Assembly: GCA_028715605.1 (NCBI GenBank)
Contig: JAQURM010000006.1
Coordinates: 59,589 to 123,588, forward strand
DNA length: 64,000 nt
Direction: 5' to 3'
From: Desulfovibrionales bacterium
GTDB taxonomy: Bacteria > Desulfobacterota > QYQD01
A program made the position numbers and the translations under genes. Position 1 is the stretch's first letter. The number at the start of each line of letters is the position of its first letter. The notes under the pieces were generated by a model, which was not told the origin of the DNA, made no database searches, and saw only the letters and a program-made list of their open reading frames with translations. This document shows positions 49,342 through 59,832 of this stretch, piece by piece.

Positions 49342-50038
49342 CTATAGTCAGGCAGCGTCCCATGCACTGCGCCAGCCGCAGATTATGGGTTACCACGATT
49401 GTGGCCATATTATTCTTTTCCCCCAGGCCCAAGATGAGATCGTGTACCTTTTGGCCTGTTTTTGTATCCAGATTCCCTGTGGGTTCATCTGCCAGAAGGA
49501 GCCGGGGGGACAGGACTATGGCCCGGGCCAGGGCCACCCTCTGCTGCTCACCTCCGGAAAGTTCTCCAACCCTGTGCCTCAGGCGGTCTTTTAACCCGAC
49601 CTCACAAAGAACGCCTTCGGCCAGGGCGCGGGCGCTCTTTTTCTCCTGGCGGGCGATAAGCGCCGGGATCATCACATTTTCAATAGCGGTAAATTCAGGC
49701 AAAAGGTGGTGGAACTGAAAAACAAAGCCTATATATCTATTTCGAAAGGCGGCCAGATTCTCGTCACTTAACTTCGATACATCCAGTCCATTATAAAGAA
49801 TACTGCCGCTATCCGGTATTTCCAGGGTGCCAAGAAGGTGTAACAGTGTGGACTTGCCTACTCCGGAAGCGCCGACTATGGCCAAAGACTCTCCAACCTT
49901 TACGGTCAGGTCGATGTCTTTCAGCACTTCTATCCTTTGCCCGTCTGTGGCAAATGATTTATGGATGTTACGGGCCTCTACGACCGGTCCGGTTCCCTGG
50001 CCCATGGAGAAGCCGGTGAGCAAGTCCTTGCTATTCAT
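49298..50038 (-). CDS. lolD: Lipoprotein-releasing system ATP-binding protein LolD
   Basis: ABC ATPase with LolD-like sequence. Adjacent to the LolC/E permease. Confidence 0.8.
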   Translation of the reverse strand: MNSKDLLTGFSMGQGTGPVVEARNIHKSFATDGQRIEVLKDIDLTVKVGESLAIVGASGVGKSTLLHLLGTLEIPDSGSILYNGLDVSKLSDENLAAFRNRYIGFVFQFHHLLPEFTAIENVMIPALIARQEKKSARALAEGVLCEVGLKDRLRHRVGELSGGEQQRVALARAIVLSPRLLLADEPTGNLDTKTGQKVHDLILGLGEKNNMATIVVTHNLRLAQCMGRCLTIVDGRLEQSDPGRFS

Positions 50039-51284
50039 ATCTCAAAGCAGTCGCCGGTTCCAGCCTTGAAGCCTGCCAGGAAGGATAAAGGGTAGCCAAA
50101 AAACTGATAACTATAGCCGCAAATGAAATTAAGGCCACATCCAGCGCCTCCACCTTTACCGGCAGGGTGGATATGTAATAAACATCGCTGGGCAATTTAA
50201 TGAACTTATATTTTTTAAGCAGGCTCGTGAGGCCAAAACCACCTATAATTCCAAGCATGGTCCCGGTAAAGCCGACGATTACCCCTTCCATGACGAAGAT
50301 TTTCATGATGCTCTTCCGCGTAGCGCCCATAGACTTTAAGATGGCTATATCCTTGTTTTTCTCCATAACCACCATTATCAGCGTACTGACAATGTTGAAG
50401 GCCGCCACCAGGACAATCAGGGCCAGGATTATGAACATGGCTATCTTTTCCAGTTTTAAGGCCGAAAAAAGGTTCTTATTCATCTTCATCCAGTCCCTGG
50501 TCCAGTAAGGATAGCCAAGCGTGTTGTTGATAGCGGCAGCCACCTGGTCGGCCTTATAGATATCTGCTACCTTTACCTCCAGGCCGGTTATTCTGCCGCC
50601 TAAATCCAATAAAGATTGGGCCGCTCTCAGGGATATGAAGGCCATGGAAGAATCATATTCAAACATACCACAATCAAATATACCGACTACCCTGAAGGCC
50701 TCCATCCTGGGTATGACCCCCACAGGCGTAATCATGCCGGTCGGGGACATAAGTTGTACCCGGTCGCCCCTTATCACACCCAGATTTTTGGCCAGTTCCC
50801 TGCCGATTATGATACCCGGAGTCCCTTCTGTGTTTCCCCCCGGCGCTTTCTGCCCGGAAGGAATCTCCAGATTTTCCAATGAACCTTCGACCATGTATCG
50901 ATGCAGGTTAATGACCTTTTTGGATGACTTAAGATCAATTCCTCTTAAGACCACGCCTGAGGCCCCGAGCTGCGAGCTCAGCATGGCCTGAGAATAAATA
51001 AAAGGGGTAGTAGCCACTACCCCTTTTGTCTTTTCTGCCTTTTCCTGCAGACCCTTTACATCCCCAATGGAATCACCATATTTAAGCACCATGACATGGG
51101 CATTAAGGCCCAGTATTTTGCCCTTCAGATCCTCTTCAAAGCCGGTCATAACCGCCAGAACGACTATCAGGGCCATTACCCCGACCATGACCCCGGCCAC
51201 GGAAATAAAGGTAATAACCGAGATAAAGGTTTGCTTTCTCTTTGCCTTCAGATAACGAAGGCCGATAAACCATTCAAAGTTCAT
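50031..51284 (-). CDS. lolC: Lipoprotein-releasing system permease LolC/E
   Basis: FtsX-like four-TM protein with a MacB-type periplasmic domain. N-terminus FIGLRYLKAKR. Confidence 0.8.
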   Translation of the reverse strand: MNFEWFIGLRYLKAKRKQTFISVITFISVAGVMVGVMALIVVLAVMTGFEEDLKGKILGLNAHVMVLKYGDSIGDVKGLQEKAEKTKGVVATTPFIYSQAMLSSQLGASGVVLRGIDLKSSKKVINLHRYMVEGSLENLEIPSGQKAPGGNTEGTPGIIIGRELAKNLGVIRGDRVQLMSPTGMITPVGVIPRMEAFRVVGIFDCGMFEYDSSMAFISLRAAQSLLDLGGRITGLEVKVADIYKADQVAAAINNTLGYPYWTRDWMKMNKNLFSALKLEKIAMFIILALIVLVAAFNIVSTLIMVVMEKNKDIAILKSMGATRKSIMKIFVMEGVIVGFTGTMLGIIGGFGLTSLLKKYKFIKLPSDVYYISTLPVKVEALDVALISFAAIVISFLATLYPSWQASRLEPATALRYE

Positions 51285-51312
51285 ACTTGGTCGCAGGCCA
51301 TAACCTATGAAT

Positions 51313-52818
51313 TTAACGCTCAGGACGCAGATGCGGGAATAAGATTACGTCCCGGATAGAAGGTGAATCCGTAAAAAGCATAACCAGCCGGTCTATCCCG
51401 ATCCCCTCCCCGGCCGCAGGGGGCATGCCGTACTCCAGGGCCCGGAGAAAATCCTCATCCAGAATAGGGACGATTTCCTCGTCCTCATCTACCGTATCCC
51501 TGTTCATTATCTGTTTAACCAACCGCTCCCGTTGATCAACCGGGTCATTCAACTCGGAAAAGGCATTGGCCATCTCCCGGCCGGCGATAAACAGTTCAAA
51601 ACGATCTACCACCTCGTTATCCGCCTCATTCTTTCGGGAAAGCGGAGAGACCTCCAAAGGATAGGCATAGATAAAGGTTGGTTGGATCAGCTTCGGCTCT
51701 ACCAGATGATCAAAGAGCTTTACGAGCGTCTTGCCGAGGCCGTCTTTTTCACCCAGTTTGATACCCAGGGAAACGGCATAGGCCCTGGCCCCTGTCTCAT
51801 CATGAAGAAGCTCATCCTGCAACCCGCCGACTTGCACCAGGGCATCCTTCAGGGCATACCTCTTCCACGGTGGGGTGAAGTCTATCTCATAATCCTGGTA
51901 AGAAATGACCGGCTGACCACAAATCTTCCCGGCCAGCATAAAAAACATCTCTTCGGTAAGGGCCATCAGATCTTCATAGGTGGCATAGGCCTGATAAAAT
52001 TCCAGCATGGTGAATTCAGGATTGTGCTGGATAGAGATGCCCTCATTACGAAAGTTGCGATTAATTTCAAAAACCCGTTCAAACCCGCCCACGACCAGGC
52101 GTTTCAGATATAATTCCGGGGCAATTCTCAGGTACAGCTCCATATCGAGGGCATTATGGTAGGTCTTAAATGGTTTGGCCGTGGCCCCACCGGGAATGGG
52201 CTGCATCATCGGCGTCTCAACCTCCAGAAAACCCCTTTCAGCAAGAAAATTCCTCACTTCCTGGATTATCCGGATGCGTTTCAAAAAGACTTCCCGTACC
52301 TGGGGATTGACCATTAAATCGACATACCGCTGGCGATAGCGCGTTTCCACGTCCGTAAGGCCATGGAACTTCTCCGGTAAAGGACGGAGTGATTTGGTCA
52401 AAAGGTTTAGTTTCTTAGCCAGAATCGTCAATTCGCCGGTTTTAGTCCTGAAAGTTGTCCCTTCAATACCCACAACATCGCCGATATCCAGACGCCTGCA
52501 CACCTCATAACTTTCACTACCCAGGACATCCTTCCGCAAATAGACCTGAATCTTTCCATTCCCGTCCTGGACATGGGTAAAGATGCTCTTTCCAAAGTCC
52601 CTCAGTGCGATCATCCGGCCGGCTATAACGAACTTCTGATCCTCGCCGGGGAGGTCATTAACCTGGGCATATTTACATATTATGTCCCCTATCCTGTCCT
52701 TGCCCCTGAAGTTATTGGGATAAAGGGGGACTCCCATTTCTTTCAGGTCACTGGCCTTTTTTTGTCTCTGCTCTATCAGCTTATTAAAATCTTCCACTTT
52801 TCGCACCGTATTGAACAA
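51313..52818 (-). CDS. lysS: Lysine--tRNA ligase (class II)
   Basis: OB-fold N-terminus and class II motifs, including GLGIDRLVML. Confidence 0.9.
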   Translation of the reverse strand: MFNTVRKVEDFNKLIEQRQKKASDLKEMGVPLYPNNFRGKDRIGDIICKYAQVNDLPGEDQKFVIAGRMIALRDFGKSIFTHVQDGNGKIQVYLRKDVLGSESYEVCRRLDIGDVVGIEGTTFRTKTGELTILAKKLNLLTKSLRPLPEKFHGLTDVETRYRQRYVDLMVNPQVREVFLKRIRIIQEVRNFLAERGFLEVETPMMQPIPGGATAKPFKTYHNALDMELYLRIAPELYLKRLVVGGFERVFEINRNFRNEGISIQHNPEFTMLEFYQAYATYEDLMALTEEMFFMLAGKICGQPVISYQDYEIDFTPPWKRYALKDALVQVGGLQDELLHDETGARAYAVSLGIKLGEKDGLGKTLVKLFDHLVEPKLIQPTFIYAYPLEVSPLSRKNEADNEVVDRFELFIAGREMANAFSELNDPVDQRERLVKQIMNRDTVDEDEEIVPILDEDFLRALEYGMPPAAGEGIGIDRLVMLFTDSPSIRDVILFPHLRPER

Positions 52819-52871
52819 AAAAATTAACCGTCAACCACAAGTAACTAATTTATTTTCTTTGAATAGTCAAG

Positions 52872-53516
52872 CTAAATAGAGGCGATATAGCGCAGCCCTT
52901 CAAGTAGAACAAATCGTCCCAGAACAACCACTTCACAGGGCATGCTTTTGACAAAGACAGGATTTTCAGAAAGGCCGCCGGAGAGGTAAAGCTTGGGTGG
53001 AGATCCGGCAAAACGGTAGGCGTTTAGGGCGATGCCTTTAATGAAAGAGGCCACCGCCTCTTCCGGCCGGGCGCCCTGAATAATGGCATCAAAGATATGG
53101 CTGAGACCCAGTACCCCGCAGGTCACCGGTAAGTAGGTAGATGGTACAGGCATCCGGCGGTGATCGAGATCATAATACCTCTCCAGTAATTCTATGGTAA
53201 ACCCCAGGGAGGCCCCGCACTCGGCATTCCATCCGGTGTCCCTGACCTTATCCCTGCTGAAACTCACAAATTTCAGGTCCCGGCTGCCGCAATCCAGGAT
53301 GACAAAATCATCCTCTTTAATCAGCTTCTTAGCGCCGCGGGCCAGGGCCGTAAGCTCATTAACGTAGCGTTCTCCGAACCGCGCCCCATTATGGCCGGTG
53401 GCCAACGTAGTACGGAGGCCACCAGCTATATCCATACTGCGCACAATGCGCGGGACAGGTTCTTTTTCTATATCCCATAATTTTGTATAAGATGTGCCGA
53501 AATCACCTAATATCAA
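52872..53516 (-). CDS. Acyl-CoA dehydratase activase-like ASKHA ATPase (BadF/BadG/BcrA/BcrD superfamily). Short and apparently cluster-less.
   Basis: ILGDFGTSYTK, ILDCGSRDLK and SGGLSENP align with the activase phosphate-1, phosphate-2 and adenosine motifs. Confidence 0.5.
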   Translation of the reverse strand: MILGDFGTSYTKLWDIEKEPVPRIVRSMDIAGGLRTTLATGHNGARFGERYVNELTALARGAKKLIKEDDFVILDCGSRDLKFVSFSRDKVRDTGWNAECGASLGFTIELLERYYDLDHRRMPVPSTYLPVTCGVLGLSHIFDAIIQGARPEEAVASFIKGIALNAYRFAGSPPKLYLSGGLSENPVFVKSMPCEVVVLGRFVLLEGLRYIASI

Positions 53517-54316
53517 TCTGTTGCTCCATTTAATTCAAGGAATGCCTGAACTTTTGACTTGGTGCTATGCCCCATATATACATCAGCATCCACATAGAGT
53601 CCACAGGGATGTCTTTTGGCCAGATAATAGGCTAAGGCCGTCTTCTGACAAAAAGACTGGGCAAAGAATACGGTAGGGACATCAGGGTTGGCTATTTTTT
53701 CCAACTCTGCATCAGCCGGGGTCTTATTCTCCATACACCTTGTCCAGCCAAAGACATGGGTGCGGGCCGGGAACAAAGTTAAAATAGAAAAGTCTCTCGG
53801 CGGTACGCCCCAGAATCCGGCCATCGGCTCACATCGAACCGGGTCATTTCTCATTGCCTTCGGCTCCAACACACTCTGCGTTATCAGCTCCATTTTTTCT
53901 ACCAAAGGCAGGTCGCTCTCGCAGACCGGGTTGCCGAAACGCATCTTATCTTCGTTGCGTGTCTGAATAATCGGGATATTAAGTTCTACTTTTAAGATAT
54001 CAGCAAGATAAAGGGCCCCGCTGCACTTTCCCTCGCCCACATCTATATAAATGGCATCTAAAGACATCTTCTTGGCATTGGTCAAGACCGTGCGCAAGAT
54101 GGCACAATAAACCCGCGGTATATACGAAGCCGTAATCTCCAGGTCAGGTTTTACATGCAGGGCGTCAAGATCATAAATCTTTGCGCCTTCCCCTTTAAGG
54201 CGAAACATGACCTCCCTCGGAGGCATACCCACTATTCCAACGTTTCTATCCATAACATACTTTAAATACGTTATTAAATCATATTGCCTTGGGGACGAGG
54301 ACCAGAACCTCGGCAA
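53513..54316 (-). CDS. Hypothetical protein translationally coupled to the activase-like ATPase (possible 2-hydroxyacyl-CoA dehydratase-like or YjiM-like partner)
   Basis: 4-nt overlap with the downstream ATPase gene. No diagnostic motif was recognised. Confidence 0.3.
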   Translation of the reverse strand: MPRFWSSSPRQYDLITYLKYVMDRNVGIVGMPPREVMFRLKGEGAKIYDLDALHVKPDLEITASYIPRVYCAILRTVLTNAKKMSLDAIYIDVGEGKCSGALYLADILKVELNIPIIQTRNEDKMRFGNPVCESDLPLVEKMELITQSVLEPKAMRNDPVRCEPMAGFWGVPPRDFSILTLFPARTHVFGWTRCMENKTPADAELEKIANPDVPTVFFAQSFCQKTALAYYLAKRHPCGLYVDADVYMGHSTKSKVQAFLELNGATD

Positions 54317-54382
54317 ATCCGCCTGAGGTGGACTGTCCTACCACTAGACGATCTCTAAGGATTTCGAGTGGTGTTTTCTTTG

Positions 54383-56719
54383 CTATCGGTTCTTATCCAA
54401 TACCTCGCGGATGATCTCGGCCAAATTACGCATCACAAACGGTTTCATGATAAGCGCTTGAATGCCCCCCGTTTCTTTCGTGATTCGTTCACTGTATCCA
54501 CTACAAAGAATAATCGGAATATCGGGTCTTATCTTCAAGAGTTCTTTGGCCAGCATGTCACCTGTCATACGAGGCATGGTCTGATCGGTGATGATTAGAT
54601 CGAATCTGTCCGGCTGTGACCGAAAGGTTTCCAGAGCCTCGATGCTGCTTGTCGTGACAACGGCCGTGTAACCCAAATATCGCAGCATCTCTCGTCCGAT
54701 GTCGATCAGCGTTTCCTCATCATCTACAAACAGGATACGCTCGTTCCCCCGGGGAAGATCCCCAAACTGTGCGGTTTCTTCGCTAGGCGGCATGTCAACT
54801 CTGGGCAAATAAATATGGAATGTCGTTCCTTTTCCGGGCTCGCTATAGACGACAATCTTTCCCCCACAGCTCTGTATTATGCCGTGGATTACAGCCAATC
54901 CAAGCCCGGTTCCCTCACCTTTCTCTTTGGTAGTAAAATACGGATCGAAGATTCTTGCCATGACCGAAGGGGTCATACCACAGCCCGTGTCGGACACCGT
55001 GAGCCTCACATATGGACCAGGTTTCATGTCCGGACATTGGGCCACGCCGGCAGCATCAAGAACCACTTCTACGACGCTCACCTCCAGCACGCCTCCCCTT
55101 TCTCGCATGGCATGGGCCGAATTGGTGCAAAGATTTATCAACACCTGATTTAGTCGGGTGGGGTCAAGCAGCACCCTGCCCGAGTCCGTCCGAATGTCCT
55201 GACGAATCTCAATGGTAGCGGGTAAGGTTGACCGAAGCCACTTGAGGGCTTCTTTGGTAGCGGCGCCTATTTGCAGCACCTTTGGTTCCTGTTCGCCTTG
55301 GCGACTGAATGTGAGGATTTGCCTTACCAGGCCTGTCGCCCGTTCCGCAGCCTTGAGCACCTCATCAAGCTTGGCCTTCGCCGGACTCCCTTCCGCAATA
55401 ATCAATTCGGCGAGTTCCGTATACCCGATAATGCCCGCAAGGATGTTATTGAAATCGTGGGCGATACCTCCGGCCAGCGTGCCTATGGCCTCCATCTTCT
55501 GCGCTTGTCGGAGCTGGGATTCAAGCCGCTTGCGTTCAGTTTCATCGCGGATGATGCCCTTATATCCCAGGATGCTTCCGTCCGCGGCGCGGCGAACTGT
55601 TGAGGTGAGCAAACAGTCTAACTCGGTGCCATCCTTCTTGATGAACTTCATTTCATAGTCTCTCACAGATCCTTTTTGCTCTATTTCCTGCTGAAAGCGG
55701 CGCCTATCGTCAGGGTTCACATATATCTTCAGGACGTCCATCCCTATCATCTCTTCCCTGATATAGCCGAAGAGATCAAGCGTAGCCCGGTTAACGTCAA
55801 TAAACTGCCCATCCCTGCCGCTTATATAGATCGGGTCTCTAGAGTCCTCAAAAATGGTGCGGTATCTTCGCTCACTTTCCTGCAGTGCCTCCTCCGCCCG
55901 CTTTTGCTCGGTTATGTCGCGAAAAATTCCCTGCAAGCATATCCTGTCACCTAAACGGAGGAGGTTGGCCTTAATGGCCACCTCCTTGATTTCACCGGTG
56001 CTGGTGATGACCTGCGTTTCCAGAACTTGTCCCTCGCCCTCTTCGAGGTGCTTGTCGAAGGTCTCGGAAAATTTCCCTTTAACTCTGTCAGGAGGATGTA
56101 GGATGGTCTGATGTTGCCCGATCAATTCGGATTTCTCCCTGCCAACCAGTCTGGCTGCCGCATGGTTACAGTCAACGATCACGCCCGTTTTGGCGTCGGC
56201 GAGGATTATGCCATCCCGGGCTTCTTCGAACAGTCTCCTATACCTTTCTTCACTGTCCCGTAGCGCCTCCTCCGCTCGCCTGCGATCGGTGATATCTTTG
56301 GCGATCTCAATTGCCGCCATTTCTCCCGAGGCCAGCCTAAAGGGCGAGGCGCTCAATTCAATAAGTCTCCCGTTTGGCTGAAGAATCTCCTCGATCTCCG
56401 TCTTCCAATTCTCTATTGCCCTCCTCATAGGGCAATTTGCGCATGGGGCATCCCGCTCCAGGAAAACCTTGTAGCACAGGTGTCCCTCAAGTTCATCCTT
56501 GCCAATGATCTTTTTCAAATTGTCGTTGGCGTACACGACCTTGTAATCGTAGGTGGTAATGTCCACCCCATCGCCCATAGCGGGTAGTATATCCTTAAAT
56601 TTGTCCCGCACCAGCCGGATATCTGCCTCCGCACCCGTGAGTTCCGAGACTTCTTTCTCCAGCTTCTTGACCCTTTGTTTCAGTTCTTCGTAGGTTGGTT
56701 TCTCAGCCGTTGAGCACAC
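54383..56719 (-). CDS. Multi-PAS hybrid sensor histidine kinase with a C-terminal receiver
   Basis: At least three PAS/PAC modules, HisKA (AHDFNNILAGI), HATPase, and a REC domain with a conserved Asp. Confidence 0.85.
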   Translation of the reverse strand: MCSTAEKPTYEELKQRVKKLEKEVSELTGAEADIRLVRDKFKDILPAMGDGVDITTYDYKVVYANDNLKKIIGKDELEGHLCYKVFLERDAPCANCPMRRAIENWKTEIEEILQPNGRLIELSASPFRLASGEMAAIEIAKDITDRRRAEEALRDSEERYRRLFEEARDGIILADAKTGVIVDCNHAAARLVGREKSELIGQHQTILHPPDRVKGKFSETFDKHLEEGEGQVLETQVITSTGEIKEVAIKANLLRLGDRICLQGIFRDITEQKRAEEALQESERRYRTIFEDSRDPIYISGRDGQFIDVNRATLDLFGYIREEMIGMDVLKIYVNPDDRRRFQQEIEQKGSVRDYEMKFIKKDGTELDCLLTSTVRRAADGSILGYKGIIRDETERKRLESQLRQAQKMEAIGTLAGGIAHDFNNILAGIIGYTELAELIIAEGSPAKAKLDEVLKAAERATGLVRQILTFSRQGEQEPKVLQIGAATKEALKWLRSTLPATIEIRQDIRTDSGRVLLDPTRLNQVLINLCTNSAHAMRERGGVLEVSVVEVVLDAAGVAQCPDMKPGPYVRLTVSDTGCGMTPSVMARIFDPYFTTKEKGEGTGLGLAVIHGIIQSCGGKIVVYSEPGKGTTFHIYLPRVDMPPSEETAQFGDLPRGNERILFVDDEETLIDIGREMLRYLGYTAVVTTSSIEALETFRSQPDRFDLIITDQTMPRMTGDMLAKELLKIRPDIPIILCSGYSERITKETGGIQALIMKPFVMRNLAEIIREVLDKNR

Positions 56720-57195
56720 CTCCCTTGCCGTTTTTAAAAAAGCCCGAACAATGTTATGCTGATACCATGTACAGGCCTCTAACAGAGGTTAGCCCCATCT
56801 TTACTTCTTTCCGTTTACGCTCACCTTGCCGTCACGTCAGGAAACCATATGATAACCAGATACGAATTGTCAATTTGTTTGAGTAACCACTGGGAGCGCC
56901 GGTGAAATATCGACATTTGTTTACCAACACCCTGATTGCTTTTTCACCTATTTAAAATCAAATATATCATTTTCAATCTGTTTCGCAAGAGAGACTGTCC
57001 TGCTCTTTGATGATGAGGATATGGTTCTTGGTGTTGGCGAAAAGATTCTCCGGTGGTTGTGATGGTTTTATCCAGAAGCCCTTTGATATCAAAGCATCGT
57101 CTCATAAGATAAGGGAGATTTTGGAAAAGCAATAGGCTATAGTGCTCCACCCGAAATAACAACTTGCTATATATTGTGACAGCGTTAGAGTCGCA

Positions 57196-57232
57196 AAAAT
57201 TAAAAAGGGCTACAGATTGTTCTCTGTAGCCC
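57196..57232 (-). terminator. Rho-independent terminator downstream of tRNA-Gln. The hairpin is flanked by T/A runs on both strands.
   Basis: gggctacagattgttctctgtagccc with aaaaa on one side and tctgatttt on the other. Confidence 0.6.
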
Positions 57233-57244
57233 TCTGATTTTATT

Positions 57245-57318
57245 TGGCTGGGGGACGAGGATTCGAACCTCGGTAGACAGATCCAGAGTCTGCCGTCCTG
57301 CCGCTGGACGATCCCCCA
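57245..57318 (-). tRNA. tRNA-Gln (anticodon CUG)
   Basis: Hand-folded cloverleaf UGGGGGAUCGUCCAGCGGCAGGACGG...CUCUGGA...GGUUCGAAUCC...CCCCAGCCA. Close to E. coli tRNA-Gln. CCA is encoded. Confidence 0.85.
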
Positions 57319-57416
57319 ACAATCTCAAATAACCATGCCTGATGCCCCGAATAATTAAGAAAAAACCGGATAAAAGTCAAGGACAAATTGGGCTCCGACC
57401 TTTAACAGCCCTGACC

Positions 57417-58766
57417 TTAATCAGACAGGCCGTAGCGTTTTATCTTCTCGCGGAGGGTCTTACGATCAATGCCCAGCGCCCTGGCTACCTCGGACTTGTT
57501 TCCTTTATAGCGATGCAATACGTGCGCAATATGATTGCGCTCCATATCGGAAAGGGCGTAAGAACCGGCAGAGAGTGACGGGCTGGAACCCGGCAATCCG
57601 GCATACATAAAATCATGGACGTCCAGAGTCGGCTTTTCGGTCAGGATAACCACACGTTCGAGCGTGTTTTCCAACTCCCGCACATTACCCGGCCAATTAT
57701 GGTTCATCAATGACTGCAATGCCTCATCAGATATGGAAAGGCCGTCTCTTTTATACTTGGCGCCAAGTCTTTCCAGAAAATACAGGACCAATACCGGGAT
57801 ATCCTCCTTACGCTCGCGAAGAGGAAGGAGATATACGGGCATGACGTTCAGGCGGAAAAAAAGGTCCTCGCGAAATGCCCCGCGCTGGATGGCCCCATCG
57901 AGATTCTTGTTCGTAGCCGCGATAATACGGACATCTACTTTAATGGAACGATGGCTGCCGACCTTGGATATGGTCTTCTCTTCTACGGCCTTGAGCAGCT
58001 TGGCCTGGACATCCAGGCTGATATTGGCGATTTCATCAAAAAAGATAGTGCCGCCTTGCGCCAGCTCGAATTTGCCGATCTTGGTAGCCTCTGCACCGGT
58101 AAAGGAGCCTTTGACGTGCCCGAAGAGTTCGCTCTCAAAAAGGGTTTCCACCAGTGTTCCGCAATCCACGGCCACAAAGGGATTTTTACTGCGCTGGCTC
58201 ATCTCATGGATCTGCCTGGCCACCAGTCCCTTTCCGGTTCCGCTCTCACCGGTTATAAGTACGGTGCTGTCCGTCGGCGCTATTAGTTCCATCATACGGA
58301 TGATCTTGGACATCGCCTTGCCTTGATAGACAATGCGGGGCGTACCCTCTTTACTCTTAAGCTCCTGCTTCAGATAAATATTCTCCATGGCCAGGCGCCT
58401 GGTATCCATGGCCCGTTTTACCAGTATGCGAAGCTCGTCCGGTTCAAAGGGCTTTGGGAAAAAGTCATAGGCCCCGGCCTTCATGGCCTCTACCGCCAAA
58501 GGTATAGTGCCAAAGCCGGAAATAACAATTACCACCGCCTGCGGGTCCTGCTCCTTGATCTGGTTAAGCACCTCCATGCCGCCCATGTCCGGCATCCTCA
58601 TATCCAGTAGAACCAGATCAAAGGAAGACTCTTCAAATGCCTTCAGACCGGACCGGCCGGTGGCAGCCGTGACCACCTCATAACCTTCCCTGGAAAGGGC
58701 ATGGTAGCAGCCGTCGCGGATGGCCTCGTCATCGTCGATAATTAGTATCTTACCGCGCATCCTCAT
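57417..58766 (-). CDS. Sigma-54-dependent response regulator (NtrC family: REC-AAA+-Fis HTH)
   Basis: REC domain (ILIIDDDEAIRDG), AAA+ domain (GESGTGKG, GSFTGA) and HTH. The start is taken at MRMRGKILII. The track ORF extends to 58928. Confidence 0.85.
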   Translation of the reverse strand: MRMRGKILIIDDDEAIRDGCYHALSREGYEVVTAATGRSGLKAFEESSFDLVLLDMRMPDMGGMEVLNQIKEQDPQAVVIVISGFGTIPLAVEAMKAGAYDFFPKPFEPDELRILVKRAMDTRRLAMENIYLKQELKSKEGTPRIVYQGKAMSKIIRMMELIAPTDSTVLITGESGTGKGLVARQIHEMSQRSKNPFVAVDCGTLVETLFESELFGHVKGSFTGAEATKIGKFELAQGGTIFFDEIANISLDVQAKLLKAVEEKTISKVGSHRSIKVDVRIIAATNKNLDGAIQRGAFREDLFFRLNVMPVYLLPLRERKEDIPVLVLYFLERLGAKYKRDGLSISDEALQSLMNHNWPGNVRELENTLERVVILTEKPTLDVHDFMYAGLPGSSPSLSAGSYALSDMERNHIAHVLHRYKGNKSEVARALGIDRKTLREKIKRYGLSD

Positions 58767-59832
58767 GGTTATCTTTTCCTGCCGGCAGTTGGATGATAAA
58801 TGTCGTGTCCTCTCCTGGCCTGGAGTTGATCTGAATCGATCCCCCGTGCTTCCGGATGATTCCATGGCTGATGGAAAGGCCCAGTCCAGTCCCCTTGCCA
58901 CGTTTTTTCGTCGTAAAGAAGGGCTCAAATATCTTATTCAGGTTTTTCTTGCTTATACCCGGCCCGGTATCTTTAAAGTACATGAAAAAGTTAGACTCTT
59001 CCTTCGAATATCCGGTCTCAATCGTTAAGGTCCCCTGCCCTTCCATGGCCTCCGCCGCATTAATCATCATATTTAAGGCCACCTGCTCCAGATTGCTGCG
59101 ATTTCCCCATACCCGGGGCAGATTCTCGCCCAGCTTCATCTCTACGCGAACCGGCCTGAAGAGGATGTGGTCACGAATCAGGTCAAACATATCGAGGATA
59201 ACCTGGTTGATATTCACCCACTCCCTTTCGGCCGTGTCACTGCGGCCAAAATCAAGGAGCCCGCGCACAATCATACGACAACGGGTCGCTAATCTGGAAA
59301 TCTTCTCCAGACGCTGGGCCTGGGCATCGCCTTCAGGCAGGTCTTCCAGGGCCAGTTTCGCGTACATCAGTATGCCGCCCAGGGGATTATTAATCTCATG
59401 CGCCAGCTCTGCGGAAAGCTTACCCATGGCCGCAAGCCGCTCCAGATGTAGGAGCTGTTTCTCCAGCCTCTTGCGTTCACTGAAATCCCTGACAATCCCC
59501 TCATAGCCGACGACCTCACCCCTTCCATCCCTTATGGCATTACCAGTCAAAGAGACGGATATCTTGCCGCCATCCTTTTTTCTGAGGGTGAGTTCATAAT
59601 TACGTATAAAACCTTCCTGCTCGATCCTTTTTCTAAAATCTTTCTCATCCTGCGGATAGTAAGATAACCGATGAATTGACCCCACGGCCAGGAGTTCCTG
59701 AGGTGAGGCATATCCAAGCAGGCCGGCGCCATGGGGATTTACAGCCAGCAATCGACCCTCCCGGTCCGCTATAAAAAGCATCTCCCGGGCATTCTCAAAA
59801 AAATGCTGGAAACTTTTATCAGAAATCTCCAT
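58750..59832 (-). CDS. Cytoplasmic PAS sensor histidine kinase, cognate to the downstream NtrC-type regulator
   Basis: PAS domain, HisKA (AHEINNPL) and HATPase. It overlaps the response-regulator start by about 16 nt. Confidence 0.85.
   Translation of the reverse strand: MEISDKSFQHFFENAREMLFIADREGRLLAVNPHGAGLLGYASPQELLAVGSIHRLSYYPQDEKDFRKRIEQEGFIRNYELTLRKKDGGKISVSLTGNAIRDGRGEVVGYEGIVRDFSERKRLEKQLLHLERLAAMGKLSAELAHEINNPLGGILMYAKLALEDLPEGDAQAQRLEKISRLATRCRMIVRGLLDFGRSDTAEREWVNINQVILDMFDLIRDHILFRPVRVEMKLGENLPRVWGNRSNLEQVALNMMINAAEAMEGQGTLTIETGYSKEESNFFMYFKDTGPGISKKNLNKIFEPFFTTKKRGKGTGLGLSISHGIIRKHGGSIQINSRPGEDTTFIIQLPAGKDNHEDAR

Noticed and set aside
56944-57162. 72-aa minus-strand ORF in the 56.7-57.2 kb gap.
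   Set aside because: It is the opposite strand of the receiver-domain remnant and has no RBS, so it is probably non-coding.
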